A stretch of 64,000 nt of DNA from a virus: IMG/VR virus record IMGVR_UViG_3300027733_000032; one strand, written 5' to 3'. This document shows, in pieces, positions 1 through 8,664 of this stretch. How positions within the stretch are numbered: the stretch's first letter is position 1; each line of letters starts with the position of its first letter. The translations under genes and the position numbers were made by a program. A model generated the notes under the pieces. It saw only the letters and a program-made list of their open reading frames with translations. It was not told where the DNA came from and made no database searches.

Positions 1-2001
1 ATATGGGAGTTTTTTGTATTCGTCGTACGAGATTAATTGCTTACTTGCAGCGCCGCCCGCACCACCGAAGGCACGCGATACGCGTTTTTCCTCAGAGCGT
101 GCGGCATGTGCTGCGAGTTTCTGCTCGGATGTCATTCCTTGTGTTGCTCGACCAATGCTATTTAATTGTTTAGAACGGGCCGATGCCATACCAGCACTAG
201 TAATTGGCATACCATTGGGGCCTAGGAGTCCGCCTGCGGATGTTACTCCCGCAGCACCCGGAACTCCACCTACGCCACCAACAGCATTTTGTCCCATTGC
301 TGCTTGTCTGCGAGCCTTGTTCGCTGCTCGCTGTTGCTGCAGTGCAGTCTGGCCACCAGAAGTGGCCTGTCCTTTAGGCGTAAAACCGGTGACCGTGACA
401 TTATCTGCCTTGACTGTCATCAATTTTGTTGAGGGCATGACGCCGCCGATGTGTTTGGTCATGCTTCGTTTTGCACCCATTAGGCCAGCAATTACGGCAA
501 ATGAACCAAACCCACTACCACCGAACATGCCTTTTATGCCGCCAATCAGCGATGTAAAAATGTCAAATATTCTCGTGACACCATCAATGATTTTATTTAT
601 AAACGGCAATGCGTCTACAAAAGTTTCACGAACACTTCCTGCGTACTTCATAAATACGGTAATGAAATTTCCAATTGCAGTACCGAACTGCAGGAAGTCA
701 TCTTTATTTTTTACTATTAAGTCATTCATGTTGCCGAAACCATCTTTAAACATTGTTCCGAGTGGGCGGAATATATTGCCAATCGCTTGCTCCAGAACTC
801 TTGCACCATCAATCAATGGTCGCAATTTATCTATGACCATATCCCAGCCATCTCTGAATTTGCCCCACCAACCACCCATTCTGCTGAATATTCCTTCAGA
901 TTGTGGCCCCCATTTGTGAACAAAATTAACAAAAAATTGAGCGGCTCTGTCGACCATTGAAACAATCTTGTCAAATAAACCTTGATTCCCCCCGAAGGCA
1001 GTAATATCACCGCTCAGTTGAATAACTGTGCGTTTAAATATACTTACAAGTTTGTCCAAAGTTTCTTTTGCTGGCTTAAGGAATGGTCCACCTATGTCAG
1101 CGAACATTGTTTTAATTGAGGCGAAAGATGCCTTGAATCGATTAAGCAACGTATCGTTAACTGCAGCCAATTGACCACTCACACCACCCATTGATGCCAG
1201 TTCGCCACTGTTAATCGCGGCTTTTAATTCCTCTACTGTGTCGATGCCCTTTTTCTTTGCTGTCTCCAATGCCTTGGTCATCTGTGGTCCCATGGCTTTT
1301 GCTGCTTCGGTGACCTTCGAGAATGATGCTTTGGGGTCCTGTAGGGCCGCTACGAGGTCGCCAGCAGCCTTCATGCCCTGTTCTAGCGGTTGCCCGGCGG
1401 CGGCAAAGTCACCAAGGCCCTTAAGTAAGTTCTGTGATGCTGCGGTGAACGTACTGGTCTTGGAAATGGACGCAAAAGCCCCCTGGAGGGCCTCTGCGCC
1501 AGCAGCAGCCAGATTGGTGTCATTCATGAGTGAACGCATAGTCACGGAGACTTGCTGGTAGTTTTTCCCACCCTGAAAAGCGAACATTGATTGTTGCTGC
1601 TCTCGCATCGCTGCTGCTGCGGTAGATATTGCAACACCCACTGCGAGGGCTGCTCCTGCAGCACCTTTAGCGACCCATTGGAAGGCTTTCATGGACATAT
1701 TTCCAAGAACGAACGCTCCATGTACCGCCATCATCGCCGCACCAAGGGCAGCGACTTGGACGGTGGCCAACTTTGCGCTCATGCTGACAAATTTTCCGAT
1801 TGCCTTACCGGTTCCGACAACCATTTTATCAACGGAGTCAAAGTGTTTTTTCCACTTAATATTATTTTGGTCAAGAGCGTGAGTTGTCTGTTTCCCGTAT
1901 AGGGCTGCCTTTGCAGACAGTTTGTCCATTTTGTGGCCAACATTATCTAACTTTTGTTCACCCTTTGTTATGATTCTTACCAAAAGGTTGTTAGTAGCCA
2001 T
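1..2001 (-). CDS. tape measure protein, runs off the left edge (missing from the ORF track because it has no stop in the window)
   Basis: ATG at 2001 with AAGGA SD 8 nt upstream. Reads MATNNLLVRIITKGEQKLDNVGHKMDKLSAK..., Ala/Gly/Lys-rich and helical. Lies directly after the tail chaperone/tube/sheath genes. Confidence 0.85.
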   Translation of the reverse strand, partial: MATNNLLVRIITKGEQKLDNVGHKMDKLSAKAALYGKQTTHALDQNNIKWKKHFDSVDKMVVGTGKAIGKFVSMSAKLATVQVAALGAAMMAVHGAFVLGNMSMKAFQWVAKGAAGAALAVGVAISTAAAAMREQQQSMFAFQGGKNYQQVSVTMRSLMNDTNLAAAGAEALQGAFASISKTSTFTAASQNLLKGLGDFAAAGQPLEQGMKAAGDLVAALQDPKASFSKVTEAAKAMGPQMTKALETAKKKGIDTVEELKAAINSGELASMGGVSGQLAAVNDTLLNRFKASFASIKTMFADIGGPFLKPAKETLDKLVSIFKRTVIQLSGDITAFGGNQGLFDKIVSMVDRAAQFFVNFVHKWGPQSEGIFSRMGGWWGKFRDGWDMVIDKLRPLIDGARVLEQAIGNIFRPLGTMFKDGFGNMNDLIVKNKDDFLQFGTAIGNFITVFMKYAGSVRETFVDALPFINKIIDGVTRIFDIFTSLIGGIKGMFGGSGFGSFAVIAGLMGAKRSMTKHIGGVMPSTKLMTVKADNVTVTGFTPKGQATSGGQTALQQQRAANKARRQAAMGQNAVGGVGGVPGAAGVTSAGGLLGPNGMPITSAGMASARSKQLNSIGRATQGMTSEQKLAAHAARSEEKRVSRAFGGAGGAASKQLISYDEYKKLPY

Positions 2002-2027
2002 CTTGGATATCCTTACACAATAAAAGA

Positions 2028-2228
2028 CTAGGGTTTATTACGTTTAGCCTCGCGGTCTTGCCTATCGCGGTCGTTCTCTATAACTTTAGCACACGCCATC
2101 AGTAGTAGCCATTCGTCTTCTGTGGTGTTAAGTAATTCGAGCGGATTGACATGCCATAATTCCGCTAGTCTGGCGGAATTTATGACAAACGGGTCTTCAA
2201 CTAGTTCGTCGAAGACCCTTTCGTAGGG
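2028..2228 (-). CDS. tail assembly chaperone GT extension (-1 frame, 66 aa)
   Basis: The -1 frame reads PYERVFDELVEDPFVINSARLAELWHVNPLELL...KRNKP*. It has no ATG/GTG/TTG between the upstream TGA and the overlap with the chaperone. Overlap at GAC CCT ACG; 10-bp hairpin 6 nt downstream (2191-2218). Confidence 0.75.
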   Translation of the reverse strand, partial: PYERVFDELVEDPFVINSARLAELWHVNPLELLNTTEDEWLLLMACAKVIENDRDRQDREAKRNKP

Positions 2229-2731
2229 TCCTCTGTCTCGACAGTGTCGGAGTATCCTGCAGCATCAAGAATCGCTAGTGCGGCAGACTCTAAGTGAGGG
2301 TCAACCCCGAAAAAAGCGCGTACAGCATCAGGAACAGGACGAGTAGTCTCTGTTGTCGACATAATGATGTCCGAAGCAAAATTTAGACGATTTCCGTCTT
2401 CATCCATTACTTCCTCGTCATCCATAAGAATGCCCGTGGTTGAATTACCAATAACGTAGCAAGCAAACTTTGTTGAGTCCATACCAGCCTTGGTGTCTTC
2501 ACCGGAGTTGCGGCGCCAAGCACGAATCTGATTTTGAGAAATATTCGGAGAAATACGCAACTTGACGCCAGGTCGAGATGGAACTTCTAGGAGTACCGCA
2601 GGACGTTCAACCTTAGTTGAAATTGCATCCTTGAGGCGGTCGAGAGTGGTCTCGCCCTTGGGCTTGGATGTTGACTTGCCAGCCTTTGGTGTTGCTGATG
2701 TGTCGTCTGAGTAAAGTGATTCTGCTGTCAT
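2201..2731 (-). CDS. tail assembly chaperone (G-like)
   Basis: Located between tail tube and tape measure; acidic 176 aa ending ...EDPTKGSSTN. Confidence 0.75.
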   Translation of the reverse strand: MTAESLYSDDTSATPKAGKSTSKPKGETTLDRLKDAISTKVERPAVLLEVPSRPGVKLRISPNISQNQIRAWRRNSGEDTKAGMDSTKFACYVIGNSTTGILMDDEEVMDEDGNRLNFASDIIMSTTETTRPVPDAVRAFFGVDPHLESAALAILDAAGYSDTVETEDPTKGSSTN

Positions 2732-2809
2732 AAGTCATGAACTTAGCACATACAAATCTGCCATAGTGAAACAAAACCTAATTTTATAACTAGAATAAGT
2801 TATTACTTA

Positions 2810-3286
2810 TTAGGAACTTGAACCAGAGGCAACAGTAGAGACACTGAAGGTCATTGAGAATGTGGCCGGAGCACCAGAAGACGAGTCGCCATCAGGCTCG
2901 GTAATGCCTACGAGGAGGGCTCGTGGGTACACTCGGTCGGCACCAATAACTTCGATGTCGCAGTTATAGGTCTTTACGTTGACGTTATAGTACGACTTGC
3001 CAACGAGAGTACGAAGGTTGCGAATCTTGCGAGCAAGACCAGTTGCACCGTCCGAAAGTTCTTGAATGAATTCGTCGTCATAGTGAGCCGTGAGGGTAAT
3101 GTCACCAATTTCAAAAGGAGCACACAGTACTGTGGGGAACTGAGCGCCACCTTCGTAAATCTTTTCAACGGAAGCCGTGATTTCGCCACCAGAAACCTGG
3201 GCGAAACGGAATCCTTCCCACTTAGGGTGAGTGGTGTCTACTGGCGCAATGTCTGCCAGGATTTGCCTCTGAGATACCTTTGCCAT
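2810..3286 (-). CDS. tail tube protein
   Basis: 158 aa, beta-rich, follows the sheath; F-x-x-V-S-G-G-E-I and ITLT motifs typical of contractile tail tubes. Confidence 0.85.
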   Translation of the reverse strand: MAKVSQRQILADIAPVDTTHPKWEGFRFAQVSGGEITASVEKIYEGGAQFPTVLCAPFEIGDITLTAHYDDEFIQELSDGATGLARKIRNLRTLVGKSYYNVNVKTYNCDIEVIGADRVYPRALLVGITEPDGDSSSGAPATFSMTFSVSTVASGSSS

Positions 3287-3312
3287 TTAATCCTCCGATA
3301 TTCTTAATAAAC

Positions 3313-5106
3313 TCAGACCACTGAGGTGGTCAGATTGGACTTGATGATGTCAACTTGAATTGAGTCACCAATACTTGAAACACGCAAACCGACGCGTGCT
3401 GTCACCGTTCCGTCAACTAGTTGAGCGAGCGGATTGAGTGAATTGTCACACTTCACCGTGTAGCCATAGTCAATGCGACGACCATTGACATCGAATGCCT
3501 CATACAAGGCTCCAAGTGTCCGCAAGGGCTCCATAACTGAAACCAATTTTGCTTCGATTGTTGCAAAAACGCTGTTTCGTCCATCGATAACCGTGAACAA
3601 AACATCTTCGAGTGTTCTGTTTGCCTCAACGACTACATGGTTGACCACGTCCTGGGCATTGATGTAACGGAAGTTCGCCGTATCTAGAGACAACGAACGA
3701 GCACCATAGATGCGCACAAGGTTGTTAATAACTCTGATGGCATTGACTGCGCTTGCATCAAGTTGATTGCCAACTGTTGAGTCATATGACGCATAGACTC
3801 CATTAATAAATCTGGCATTAGAGATGATTCCCGCTCCGGGCTGGTGTGGCCCAATCTGGTTATGGGCACGACTACGTGCGCCTGCAACATATCCTGTTGG
3901 CGGAATGAAGCGATTGACGCCGTTGGTTCCAGTTGGTGCGGATACCCACGGTGCATACATTGCGATGTGTTCTGCATTCTCTGAAATCTGGATTCCTTCT
4001 GCGATGTCGCCAAGGTCCGTGGACGAGGTTGTCGTCTTGGCTGCATGAACGATAGCAATTCTGCTCTTTGCGTTACAGTGAGCAATTAGGGCAACCGTAA
4101 ATGCATCCAGAGTACCACCAGAGTACGTTGCTGGTGATTCTGGGCATGCGACAACGCCTGCGCCGTATGCATCAAGGAAGTCATCTAGGGCAGAAGCGTA
4201 TTCGTTTGCGCCTGGGGACGTCGTGCCATCGCTACCCGCAGTACCAAGCGAGCCACCAGCAGGGCCAAATGAGCGTGCTGAAAAGATATCTGGCAATACG
4301 TAAAATGCTGAAGTTCCAGCGACGCCAACGATATTGGTGACCGAGCCAGCCGTAAATGTGAGCGTCGAAGAAACTGTAATAGAAGTAGCCGAAACAATGC
4401 TGGCAACCGTCATGGCTCCTAAACCAAAGGAACCAGGGGACCCGGGGGTGGCGGTAATTACCTGTCCTACCGTCAAGTTGGCAGTACTGCTCATGGCCGT
4501 AATTGTTGCGGTGTATGGTCCAGAACCAGTAACCGAACCAACCGTGCCTGTCGTACTAACTATCAAACTGGATGATGCTAATTCCGCATCAGTGGCAGTG
4601 ATGAGTTGAGAAACCACCGGATGAGTATTGATTTTTCCACAAATTTGTGCATTTGTAGTACAAGAACCCGTTGACATTAAGAGAGTGGTGCCATCATAGA
4701 TGCTTACAACTCTAGAATTCGTAACGTTTCCAGCGGTCACGGCGACTCTCAGGGCATTTGCCGAAGCGCCAGGACCCTGAGCGGTCAAAGTAATTGATGT
4801 AACGGGCGATGCGGCGGCGTTCTTGAGCAATGATGTTGCTGTCGCAGTGCTGGTGGTGTTTGGAACACGGGAAATATAGCAGCGTGTGCCACCTTCTTCA
4901 AAGAAAGATTCCACTGTTGAATGCAGGAAGGAGCCGCTCGTGTATCCGCCATACTTTAATTCAAAGTCTTCGAGGCTAGTAACTAAAAGCGCCTCATCAA
5001 CGGGTCCACGTAGTGCCTGCCCCACAAAGAATGCTTGAGATGTTTCACGAATTGTAGTATTTGCAGGACCAGTACGTACTGCGGTTGAAATTTGGATACC
5101 GGGCAT
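3313..5106 (-). CDS. tail sheath protein
   Basis: MPGIQI start, FFVG-x-x-x-RGP, VTSLEDFE-x-x-YG, C-terminal PPTGYVAG, NAIR, IYGARSL, NFRYIN. An inserted Ser/Thr/Gly-rich beta module is present. Confidence 0.93.
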   Translation of the reverse strand: MPGIQISTAVRTGPANTTIRETSQAFFVGQALRGPVDEALLVTSLEDFELKYGGYTSGSFLHSTVESFFEEGGTRCYISRVPNTTSTATATSLLKNAAASPVTSITLTAQGPGASANALRVAVTAGNVTNSRVVSIYDGTTLLMSTGSCTTNAQICGKINTHPVVSQLITATDAELASSSLIVSTTGTVGSVTGSGPYTATITAMSSTANLTVGQVITATPGSPGSFGLGAMTVASIVSATSITVSSTLTFTAGSVTNIVGVAGTSAFYVLPDIFSARSFGPAGGSLGTAGSDGTTSPGANEYASALDDFLDAYGAGVVACPESPATYSGGTLDAFTVALIAHCNAKSRIAIVHAAKTTTSSTDLGDIAEGIQISENAEHIAMYAPWVSAPTGTNGVNRFIPPTGYVAGARSRAHNQIGPHQPGAGIISNARFINGVYASYDSTVGNQLDASAVNAIRVINNLVRIYGARSLSLDTANFRYINAQDVVNHVVVEANRTLEDVLFTVIDGRNSVFATIEAKLVSVMEPLRTLGALYEAFDVNGRRIDYGYTVKCDNSLNPLAQLVDGTVTARVGLRVSSIGDSIQVDIIKSNLTTSVV

Positions 5107-5204
5107 GGCACCTTCCTAACTCATCATGGCATTAAACTATCTATGCCTACTTGTTCAAATTGTTATCGCAAGATTTGTTACTCTCAATAGAGAATAGCAA
5201 AATA

Positions 5205-5642
5205 TCATGCTGTTTCTTGCACCTCGGTGCCTTTATTTTCATCAGGAATATCAGTAATGTCAGTTTCCTGGAGCGCCAATGGTTCTGTTTCATCGGTATT
5301 TTTTGGCTCTTCTTCACTTGCTGTTTCCAATAATTCCGATACGTCAGCATTATCATCTGACTTAATCGTCTTTTTCAGTTTCTTGAGGTTGTTATTAACT
5401 GGCTTTTCTTCGGGCACTACTTCAACTTTTTCGCCTCTGAGAACAGCAATGAGACCTTGTAATTCTTGCTTTTCCAAAGATGCATCCAACTCAGCCACGG
5501 CAACAACAGTTTCTGCTCTGACGTAATGTAGGTTGTTTGTCAAATAAATCCAGTCGTTGGAGATGTTGGTAATGACGCAATATCCAGCATTGAGGTAATT
5601 CTGCTCCTCGCCTTTACTGATTTCAATAAACTTATGCAACAT
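5205..5642 (-). CDS. hypothetical protein with acidic C-terminus
   Basis: 145-aa ORF with GGAGG SD inside the tail operon. Confidence 0.6.
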   Translation of the reverse strand: MLHKFIEISKGEEQNYLNAGYCVITNISNDWIYLTNNLHYVRAETVVAVAELDASLEKQELQGLIAVLRGEKVEVVPEEKPVNNNLKKLKKTIKSDDNADVSELLETASEEEPKNTDETEPLALQETDITDIPDENKGTEVQETA

Positions 5643-5681
5643 ATGGTCCTCCAGGGGTTTACACGTATTTTACACGATTAT

Positions 5682-6530
5682 TTAATTCAGGGAAGTAAAG
5701 GCAACTGCAACACCACTTGAAACATAGGAACCCAGGGAACCAACGATTCCTCCAACGGTAAAAGTTGTCGCAGTTCTTGCGGTTATTGTTTCTGCCGAAA
5801 TACCAAAAGTTGCTGGATTAATGCCAGTTACCGTAACTCTTTGCCCAACAGAGAAATTATTGACAGCAGTATAGGTGACGTTAGTTCCGCTCTTGGTTGC
5901 ATTGGTCACTATCGCCGAACGTGATTCAGATAGTCCAAATGATTCTACTGTCAGGTCAATATTGCTAACTATGCCGATTGGTTCACGCATGACTACTTCA
6001 TCTATTGATAGGTCGTAGCCAATATAGGCACCAGCCATGACTCGGTCACCCTTGAGGAGCGTCAAGTCGGAATATTCTTCGGTGATACTAGACTCGTCAA
6101 TCATGACCTTGAAGGTCTGGCGTGGGTCCGTAGCCTTAAGGCATGGGTAGTCGAGAATTGCCGAGCGAACGACCGTCGTGAGCCTGTCTCGCATGAGCGT
6201 TACCTCTTCTGGGCCATAATTGCTGTCGGTCCTGTCAGAACGAACCCAGACGTACGTACGCATATTGTAATTGACCCGATAGAGAGGGTTATTTCTGTCG
6301 AACCCTATTCTTTCCAGTCCAGACATTGACATTGCAACAGTGATGATTGTTGGCCACTCGTCTAGCGCAATAGGCTCATAGGTTGTGTACTTGACTGGAC
6401 TCGGCAATGCAATGTCATCAAGATTCCAGCCATTCCTATAACTAACAAGGCGCGTAGGAAGGTTGACAGCCAAGTACGAACTCACATAGGACTTAGCAAA
6501 ATGCGAGCCATGCATTAAGTCAATTGTCAT
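5682..6530 (-). CDS. tail terminator/completion-like protein with C-terminal FCCH-like beta module
   Basis: Position between neck and sheath genes; C-terminal SGTNVTYTAVNNFSVGQRVTVTG repeat module. Confidence 0.6.
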   Translation of the reverse strand: MTIDLMHGSHFAKSYVSSYLAVNLPTRLVSYRNGWNLDDIALPSPVKYTTYEPIALDEWPTIITVAMSMSGLERIGFDRNNPLYRVNYNMRTYVWVRSDRTDSNYGPEEVTLMRDRLTTVVRSAILDYPCLKATDPRQTFKVMIDESSITEEYSDLTLLKGDRVMAGAYIGYDLSIDEVVMREPIGIVSNIDLTVESFGLSESRSAIVTNATKSGTNVTYTAVNNFSVGQRVTVTGINPATFGISAETITARTATTFTVGGIVGSLGSYVSSGVAVAFTSLN

Positions 6531-6535
6531 TTTTG

Positions 6536-6991
6536 TTACTCGCTCTCATGAATATAGTCGACTGCCCATTTGCCCCATTTATCATTCGCTCCCTTGGGCT
6601 CGAATACAATTTGGCGTCTAGGCATTTTCGATGTTCCCATTTGGTGAAACTTGGCGTACGGTACATCGGTGCCAAATACAGCATAATGTTTACGAATAAT
6701 ATTCGGCTTGCCTTTAAGACTACGCAGGCTTCTAAATAGGGTTTTGCCTGAACGCATCATTATTGGATTTGGGTCATTTTTTATTTTCCACGCCGAATAT
6801 TCTGGGTCCAGGGCGTCCCATTTTGCCCCAGATTCTAAGCCGCCAACCATGAAGTTGTTTGCCCAAATTTGTTCCAGGTCTTCACGAATTTTCTTAAATA
6901 CAGGGCCATAATCGCCTGTTCGCTTTTTGGCTTCCTTGATGAAATCTTCTATTTCGCCGTTCTCATATGACATTTTTATTTGAAATTGCAT
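6536..6991 (-). CDS. virion morphogenesis / neck protein (Mu gpG / P2 gpS-like)
   Basis: W-x-x-L-x-P-x-Y and FGTDVPYAKFHQMGTSKMPRR motifs. Confidence 0.8.
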   Translation of the reverse strand: MQFQIKMSYENGEIEDFIKEAKKRTGDYGPVFKKIREDLEQIWANNFMVGGLESGAKWDALDPEYSAWKIKNDPNPIMMRSGKTLFRSLRSLKGKPNIIRKHYAVFGTDVPYAKFHQMGTSKMPRRQIVFEPKGANDKWGKWAVDYIHESE

Positions 6992-6998
6992 AACACCA

Positions 6999-7859
6999 CT
7001 ACGAGACCCTCACGCGCTTGTATCGCTTTATCGAAGCCAGTTCTCGGTCAGAAAAACCAGTCTCTAATGGAGCAACGTTACGTGACTCCAAATCTTTAAT
7101 ACCGACTACATCGTCGTGCATGTTTTGCATTTCACGAGTCGCAGCACGCAAAATTAGAAGTTTGAAAATTGCTATTTCGGTTCCATCTAACCCAGCATCG
7201 TAGGTAATTTCAAAAATGTCATTAGCAAATCCACGGAAAATATCAATACCGTAGCGACGAACGACATAGTCGTGTCCGGTTGCTGCTGCCGTGCCGCCAG
7301 AAGTATAAGCACCAAAAGTGCCAGCAACTCCGCCGACCGTAAAGGTGTTCGTCGTTACTGCTGTTATCTCTTTGTTCTGGAGATTGTAGACAGTTGGAAC
7401 AATCCCTGTCGTAAGGACGGTTTGTCCCTTTGTGAACTTATGTCCATTGGCGGTAAAGGTAACATTTGTTCCACTCTTTACTGCGCCGGTCACCGTTGCC
7501 ACCCTGTCTATACCTTCTCCGAAGAATGTTCCAGCCGTAGACGTATTCTTAATTTGAACGCTATGTACTTTAGTTACTGGCGAGTTGCGTAAATAGATTG
7601 TTGGTGACGGCTGAGAGTACGTCAATGGATTCATTGTGGTGCTGGTGGAAGTATTGTAGAAAAATGAGTCAGTGGGCATGCCGACGTGGTTGATAGGCAG
7701 GGTGACTTCCTCTACAAACGTGCTTACCTCAATCGGCCTACGCAAATAAGCCTCTATTTCGCTCTGAAGGCCTGCTAGTACCATTTCTGCTGCATCTTGC
7801 TGACGCAGGGAGAATCTGATGTCCATATAGGAAGTGAGGTCGCTAATAGTAACTAACAT
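6999..7859 (-). CDS. head-tail adaptor with inserted FCCH-like beta module
   Basis: MLVTISDLTSY start, SEIEAYLRRP, ITYDAG and LLILRAATRE motifs typical of gp6/gp15-like adaptors; AGGAG SD. Confidence 0.8.
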   Translation of the reverse strand: MLVTISDLTSYMDIRFSLRQQDAAEMVLAGLQSEIEAYLRRPIEVSTFVEEVTLPINHVGMPTDSFFYNTSTSTTMNPLTYSQPSPTIYLRNSPVTKVHSVQIKNTSTAGTFFGEGIDRVATVTGAVKSGTNVTFTANGHKFTKGQTVLTTGIVPTVYNLQNKEITAVTTNTFTVGGVAGTFGAYTSGGTAAATGHDYVVRRYGIDIFRGFANDIFEITYDAGLDGTEIAIFKLLILRAATREMQNMHDDVVGIKDLESRNVAPLETGFSDRELASIKRYKRVRVS

Positions 7860-7892
7860 AAATCACTCCTATTTTGATGTATTAAAATATTT

Positions 7893-8036
7893 TTATCGTG
7901 TGCGCTTAACTACGCCCACAGGACCTTTTCCTCTACCGAATAGGTTCGCCGCTTTGGCAAATCCACCAGATACTGTTTGGCGGAGTTTTCCAACAGCGCG
8001 ATTAACAGCACTTCTAATTTTTCCTTGTGGGTCCAT
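7893..8036 (-). CDS. small very basic protein (47 aa, missing from the ORF track)
   Basis: AAGGAG SD, then MDPQGKIRSAVNRAVGKLRQTVSGGFAKAANLFGRGKGPVGVVKRTR*. Confidence 0.65.
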   Translation of the reverse strand: MDPQGKIRSAVNRAVGKLRQTVSGGFAKAANLFGRGKGPVGVVKRTR

Positions 8037-8103
8037 TTTGGGCTCCTTTAAAATTTACTCATGTAATAGAAAGTCTACCATGACATGGCCTTGCTAATAA
8101 TGA

Positions 8104-8664
8104 TTATCTATCAGCATTGGGCGGGCGTTCTATGGAGATTCTACCCTCTTCTACCGTCCCAGAAGGGGCCTCCACGGGAACCCATGCTCGTGAATAAGTA
8201 TGATTTTTTATATCCCTATGAATGATGAGTGTTCCGTCAAGCATGAGTTCAAGTTCGTGAAATTTCATACAGAACTTTGAAACAAAACCAGTTTCGTCAA
8301 GTTTTTTGGTCTTACCTAAAGTCCGAACCACGCGAGATAGTTTTTTTGCAACAATTGAACCACGCCCACGATTAACCTGAACGTGGATAATCATTGCGTC
8401 CAATTCGGAACATTCTATGTACGTCACAGGGATTCCTTCAGTGAACATCGCAGCCAAGTGAGGATTTCCTTTAATGAGGCGCACTCTTTGTGTACCATCA
8501 ATGATTTTATTAGTTTCCTTATGAACAATAATTGGAGACAATAAACCCGTTGTTCCTATCGAATCAGCAAGAACGAGCAAGTCTGGTCTGAGAATGTACG
8601 TTGACGTCCAGTCGAATTCTAATAAGTCATTGATATTCACAATGTCAATTTTCATATCATTCAT
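8104..8664 (-). CDS. ParB/Srx-fold protein, IbrB-like
   Basis: LADSIGTTGLLSPIIV, IIDGTQR and QVNRGRG; overlaps the upstream PAPS-reductase-like gene. Confidence 0.8.
   Translation of the reverse strand: MNDMKIDIVNINDLLEFDWTSTYILRPDLLVLADSIGTTGLLSPIIVHKETNKIIDGTQRVRLIKGNPHLAAMFTEGIPVTYIECSELDAMIIHVQVNRGRGSIVAKKLSRVVRTLGKTKKLDETGFVSKFCMKFHELELMLDGTLIIHRDIKNHTYSRAWVPVEAPSGTVEEGRISIERPPNADR

Noticed and set aside
14-1902. Plus-strand ORFs of 301, 107, 103 and 63 aa
   Set aside because: Antisense shadows of the tape measure gene, which is open on the minus strand from 2001 to the edge with a good SD.
7834-8097. 87-aa plus-strand ORF
   Set aside because: Antisense to a 47-aa minus-strand ORF that has a strong AAGGAG SD and matches the operon direction.
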